From: a virus
Reading direction: 5' to 3' (one strand)
Length of the DNA stretch: 60,272 bases
Virus genome (UHGV): UHGV-0197990
Under the pieces are notes generated by a model. The model saw only the letters and a program-made list of their open reading frames with translations, did no database searches and was not told the origin of the DNA. A program made the translations under genes and the position numbers. Below are positions 56,785 through 60,272 of the stretch, piece by piece (positions within the stretch are counted from its first letter, which is position 1; the number at the start of each line of letters is the position of its first letter).

Positions 56785-56988
56785 ATGAAAGAATTTTTAA
56801 ACACTATTGCATACTTATTATCTGTGAGACCGATTATTGGTGAAACTGAGTACATGAGACAGTTGTCCTCATATGTTGGAACGATTGTCCCGGAGTCAAA
56901 GTCAGACCAATTTGACCGATTTCCTCTTGCATCTTACACCAGTGCTGACAATCTTGCAAGTGATATCTTCAAATTTATTGATGATTAA
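56785..56988 (+). CDS. hypothetical protein
   Basis: 67 aa. RBS ACGGAGGG. Confidence 0.4.
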   Translation: MKEFLNTIAYLLSVRPIIGETEYMRQLSSYVGTIVPESKSDQFDRFPLASYTSADNLASDIFKFIDD

Positions 56989-57156
56989 TTCTTAATAATC
57001 GTTATTCGTTTCTCTTATAGATGGGTCAGGGGTGATTTGTATGGATGAGAAAGAGAGACTGAGATTGCAACTAATAGAAATGATCGTTAAAATAGAAAGC
57101 GCAGGCACAATAGAGTACCTGCACACATTCGTTAAACTTTTTTTAGAAGAGTGGGG

Positions 57157-57543
57157 TTAGTCCTCGCTCTTTTTATGCGATAGCATATAATTTATTAAAT
57201 TCATAATTATTTCTTGTTCCTCTTTATTCAATAAAGAGAATTTGTTATAAAATCCAAAATCTTCTTCAGCGATTTCTTTTGAAACCTTAGCTTTACCTTC
57301 TGTTTCATCACCATCAAATCCCATTAGCCATGATTCGGTTACTCCAAGAGCCATTGATAATACCATAATTTTATCTTGACTCGGCTCAACTTTTCCGGAA
57401 ACATATTGGCTTATATTAGACTTGTTCATTTTTACGTTATATTTTTCGCAAAATGGCAATGTTTTATTCAGTATATCAATTTGCTTTAAATTTTGTTTTT
57501 CCATTATTTCTTTTAATCTAATAGAAGAACTGCTTATTTTCAT
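57157..57543 (-). CDS. CI-like XRE-family repressor
   Basis: 128 aa from ATG at 57543 (RBS GGAGGTG). HTH plus dimerisation region. Divergent from the cro-like gene. Confidence 0.7.
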   Translation of the reverse strand: MKISSSSIRLKEIMEKQNLKQIDILNKTLPFCEKYNVKMNKSNISQYVSGKVEPSQDKIMVLSMALGVTESWLMGFDGDETEGKAKVSKEIAEEDFGFYNKFSLLNKEEQEIIMNLINYMLSHKKSED

Positions 57544-57706
57544 TTGTAACACCTCCTTTCCGATAAATAATATAACACTATTTGAATAAAAGTTCAATAC
57601 GTAAAACTAAAAAGTTAAAAAAGTTGAACAAAAGTATTGACATACTGGAATTGCAATGATATGATTTAAGAAGTTCAAGATATTGAACTAGAAAGGAGAT
57701 AAAAAG
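57544..57706. promoter_or_regulatory. lysogeny switch intergenic region with operators AGTTCAA...TTGAACT (perfect inverted repeat at 57673-57690 plus half-sites) and TTGACA-17-TATGAT promoter
   Basis: Repeated GTTCAA/TTGAAC motifs between divergent XRE genes. Confidence 0.55.
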
Positions 57707-57937
57707 ATGTCATTTGATTACAGCAAACTAAGAGGAAAAATCGTAGAAAAATACGGAAGTCAGACTGAGTTCGCAAAGGCTATGCAGTGCTCAGAGCGCA
57801 CATTATCGCTGAAACTAAACGGAAATGTCATGTGGAGACAGGATGAGATTTGCAGAGCGATTGAAGCTTTGAATTTATCAGAAAGCGATATTCATGACTA
57901 TTTTTTTACGATGAAAGTTCAAGATTCTGAACTTTAA
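57707..57937 (+). CDS. Cro-like HTH regulator
   Basis: 76 aa. GSQTEFAKAMQCSERTLSLKLNG is an HTH. RBS AAAGGAG. Confidence 0.65.
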   Translation: MSFDYSKLRGKIVEKYGSQTEFAKAMQCSERTLSLKLNGNVMWRQDEICRAIEALNLSESDIHDYFFTMKVQDSEL

Positions 57938-57951
57938 AGAAAGGAGAAAAA

Positions 57952-58134
57952 ATGGTTAAGTCAAAGGGTTACCAAGACAAAGATGGAGAAACAAAGACAT
58001 TGAGAGACTGTGTTGAGATGTACGCACTTATGATTTGTGAAGACATCGAAAATGGAGAAGGAATCGAAAGGACTCTACAGAAGTGCAAAGCCCTTGATTC
58101 CATCGTTGGAGCACTGACTGCTATCAGTAACTAG
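57952..58134 (+). CDS. hypothetical small protein
   Basis: 60 aa. RBS AAAGGAG. Confidence 0.4.
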   Translation: MVKSKGYQDKDGETKTLRDCVEMYALMICEDIENGEGIERTLQKCKALDSIVGALTAISN

Positions 58135-58303
58135 GATGCTTAAATGGGTTCTTAATTACATCGACAGAGTTTTCTCCGGTAGGAAGTTCTTTGATGATTT
58201 CAGAGTAGTATTGGTCGTACATTTCCTTGAACTCATCGAAAGAACCAGTAAATCCGCAACACTTAGCTGTTGCATAGGAAGAAGCAAGTTGATTATTATC
58301 CAT
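58124..58303 (-). CDS. small hypothetical protein (59 aa)
   Basis: ATG at 58303 after AAGGAGG. The tracked ORF extends upstream to 58492. Confidence 0.4.
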   Translation of the reverse strand: MDNNQLASSYATAKCCGFTGSFDEFKEMYDQYYSEIIKELPTGENSVDVIKNPFKHPSY

Positions 58304-58376
58304 TTCAAATTCACCTCCTTGTGTCAATTTAAGTAGATTATAACACAGAAAAATATATTTAGAAAGGCGATACAAG

Positions 58377-59084
58377 ATGAACGAAATTAAATTATTTACA
58401 AATAAAGAATTTGGTGAAATCAGAACAATGAATATTGATGAAGAACCGTGGTTCGTTGGAAAAGATGTGGCAGAAGCACTTGGATATTCCAACGCAAGTA
58501 AAGCTGTTTCGACTCATGTTGGAGAAGAAGATAGGATCTTAAAAGTCATTGAAGCAGATTCCCAAAATGGGAATGTGGTAAAAACGCAGACAGCACTTAT
58601 CAATGAATCCGGCTTATACGCATTAATCTTTGGGAGTAAGTTGGAATCCGCTAAGAGATTCAAGCACTGGGTTACATCAGAAGTACTTCCGGCAATCAGA
58701 AAGACTGGTTCTTATCAGAAACCAATGAGTCCAGTAGAAATGATGCGTATTCAGTTAGGTATGATTGACGACCATGAGGGACGTATCACAGAACTCGAAC
58801 AGAATATGACGATTGATTACGGACAGCAGATGTCACTTGGAGATATCGTCAACAGGGTTGTGGTTGATTCTCTTGGCGGTAAAGATAGCAACGCATATCA
58901 CGAAATTGGAAGAAAAGTATTTGCGGAATGCAACAGGGATTTGAAGCATTACTTCAATATAAATGCCCGTAATAATGTTCCGAAGAAGAAATTCGATGAA
59001 GCTGTTGACTATGTGAAGAACTGGCAACCATGCACAAACACAAGGATTATGATTCAGGACTGCAATGCACAGTTGAGTATGTAG
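58377..59084 (+). CDS. Bro-N domain antirepressor (second copy)
   Basis: N-terminus FTNKEFGEIRTMNIDEEPWFVGKDVAEALGY parallels the 15780 protein. Confidence 0.75.
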   Translation: MNEIKLFTNKEFGEIRTMNIDEEPWFVGKDVAEALGYSNASKAVSTHVGEEDRILKVIEADSQNGNVVKTQTALINESGLYALIFGSKLESAKRFKHWVTSEVLPAIRKTGSYQKPMSPVEMMRIQLGMIDDHEGRITELEQNMTIDYGQQMSLGDIVNRVVVDSLGGKDSNAYHEIGRKVFAECNRDLKHYFNINARNNVPKKKFDEAVDYVKNWQPCTNTRIMIQDCNAQLSM

Positions 59085-59097
59085 GAGGTGCAACACA

Positions 59098-59340
59098 ATG
59101 ATAAACAAACTTAATCATGAGAAAGTAAATGGAGATTTCGAAGAACTTCACGCACTGAAAGGGTTCAAGGTCTTAGCTGTTGGCAACGGAACAATCGGAG
59201 AAGAGTGTGCGTTGAGAATCATGCTGATGAACGAAAACAACGTTGCTGTTGATTTAAGTATCACAGAAGACGGAGCGTACCTCAGCGATTTCTACGCACT
59301 GACAGAGGACATGATTCCTCGTAACTATGAGGATAAATAA
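59098..59340 (+). CDS. hypothetical protein
   Basis: 80 aa. RBS AGGAGGTG. Confidence 0.45.
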   Translation: MINKLNHEKVNGDFEELHALKGFKVLAVGNGTIGEECALRIMLMNENNVAVDLSITEDGAYLSDFYALTEDMIPRNYEDK

Positions 59341-59517
59341 ATGTTAGATGTAATTGATATCAAAAGGAAGAAGCTTGAAGTAATTGATATCCGAAGAGAC
59401 CCCCCAGTGATGGAAGAAGATGAATCTGACGATGACCTGAAACCATTTCTTGTAGGAGTGATATCAGTAGCAATCCCACTGCTTATGACAGCGGTATGGG
59501 CGATATGCGGATATTAA
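59341..59517 (+). CDS. small C-terminally membrane-anchored protein (58 aa)
   Basis: Coupled ATG. Below the track cutoff. Confidence 0.3.
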   Translation: MLDVIDIKRKKLEVIDIRRDPPVMEEDESDDDLKPFLVGVISVAIPLLMTAVWAICGY

Positions 59518-59595
59518 AAAGAGTGCCATAAAAAAAGGCGGCAACCTTCTGGCACTCGGCTATAAAACCAACTTAATAATAGCATAGGAGGAGAA

Positions 59596-59757
59596 ATGAA
59601 ACAACCAAAGAAACTTTCGTTGTGGCAAAAGAAGTGTGTAGCAGCACATTATCTGAACGCCAAAGACTGGATGCTTCTTGAGGAAACAGAATTCTACTTG
59701 AAGATTATCAATAAGTACACGAACAAGACAAAGAGCATCGATAAATTTAGGAGATGA
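59596..59757 (+). CDS. small conserved phage protein (53 aa)
   Basis: Strong RBS AGGAGGAG. Pattern K..LS.WQKK....LN...W.L.EET resembles a common small Firmicute phage protein family. Confidence 0.35.
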   Translation: MKQPKKLSLWQKKCVAAHYLNAKDWMLLEETEFYLKIINKYTNKTKSIDKFRR

Positions 59758-59760
59758 ACC

Positions 59761-59937
59761 ATGAAAACAAGAGGACTTACCGAAGAAGAATCAGAGATCG
59801 TGTCTGCTGCTGGATTAAAACCGGAAGAATGGGAGTGTGCATTAGAAGATTTTGCATACTTACATATAATAAGGAAGAATTTCAAAAACAGAGCAATCAT
59901 TGACAAAGAGAAAGGAGTGCTTATCCGATTTGTATAA
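59761..59937 (+). CDS. small hypothetical protein (58 aa)
   Basis: RBS AGGAGATG. Confidence 0.3.
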   Translation: MKTRGLTEEESEIVSAAGLKPEEWECALEDFAYLHIIRKNFKNRAIIDKEKGVLIRFV

Positions 59938-60085
59938 ATGTGATGATAACTTTGAACCAGAAGAACCTGATGTAGAATGCACTTGTTGCGGATGTAAACT
60001 CGATGATGGAGATTACTTCTATTGCATATCGGGAGAAATATTATGTGAGGATTGTTTAAATGATCAGTATAGGAGGATTGTATGA
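59900..60085 (+). CDS. zinc-ribbon small protein
   Basis: CTCCGC...C..C pairs. Start codon is uncertain, TTG only. Confidence 0.25.
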   Translation: MTKRKECLSDLYKCDDNFEPEEPDVECTCCGCKLDDGDYFYCISGEILCEDCLNDQYRRIV

Positions 60086-60272
60086 TTGATATTGTAAAAG
60101 TAGCTATTCCAATGGAAACGCTCATGGAATTGCTGAGAAAGGAAGCGGAACTCAAGGTATTGAAAGAACATATCAGTGCTGAAATCGAATCAGAATCAAG
60201 TAATTATATTGATAAAAAGAAAATCGCAATTATTTGCTCTATTCCATTCGATAAGGAAAACGAGGGAGGGGT
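60082..60272 (+). CDS. hypothetical protein, 3' partial at window end
   Basis: RBS AGGAGG. ORF runs off the window. Confidence 0.35.
   Translation, partial: MIDIVKVAIPMETLMELLRKEAELKVLKEHISAEIESESSNYIDKKKIAIICSIPFDKENEGG

Overview
The window is an about 60 kb genome, or near-complete genome, of a temperate siphovirus-like phage or prophage from a low-GC Firmicute, probably a Clostridia or Lachnospiraceae-type host. Evidence: AT-rich sequence, AGGAGG ribosome-binding sites throughout, and BclA-like and spore-like cargo genes. Modules in order: (1) 0-4.2 kb recombination and replication genes (DUF3799 exonuclease, RecT, RusA, SSB, DnaD-like replisome organizer, G39P-like helicase loader). (2) 4-10 kb of small early ORFs (DUF551, Lar-like, DUF1653, repeat protein). 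(3) A large serine recombinase at 10.4-11.7 kb, followed by a terminator, a candidate attP inverted repeat and a cargo island at 11.9-15.4 kb holding a BclA-C-like TNF-fold protein, Q/N/G-rich proteins and an HExxH protein. (4) 15.4-20.6 kb: two antirepressors (Bro-N/KilAC, Rha), three ribbon-helix-helix proteins, a 13-bp-period iteron array and a cysteine-rich 73-aa peptide. (5) A minus-strand operon carrying a short FtsK/SpoIIIE-like ATPase at 20.6-22.3 kb. (6) A promoter/operator switch region with TTARGCACAAAT 12-mers and a second copy of a 130-nt structured RNA, the first copy being at 15.4 kb. (7) A tRNA cluster at 27.2-28.5 kb with Met-CAT, Arg-ACG and Gln-TTG genes plus aberrant tRNA-like elements. 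(8) Packaging, head and tail genes at 28.5-52.6 kb: TerL, SPP1-type portal, scaffold, lambda D/E-like decoration and capsid proteins, major tail protein, a G/GT chaperone pair with a U7 slippery site, a 1400-aa tape measure with SLT domain, and an SGNH-esterase tail protein. (9) A diversity-generating retroelement (DGR): a reverse transcriptase (RT) with the IGxxxSQ motif at 52.9-54.1 kb directly downstream of a 575-aa tail-fiber-like target. The target's last 97 nt contain no adenine and are followed by two GNRA-type hairpins. No template repeat (TR) could be found in the window. (10) GH25 endolysin, then a CI/Cro-like switch with AGTTCAA-type operators, a second Bro-N antirepressor and small early genes. 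The most interesting items are the atypical DGR, the pair of paralogous structured RNAs showing covariation and alternative terminator/antiterminator folds, and the plasmid-like iteron/RHH/FtsK region.
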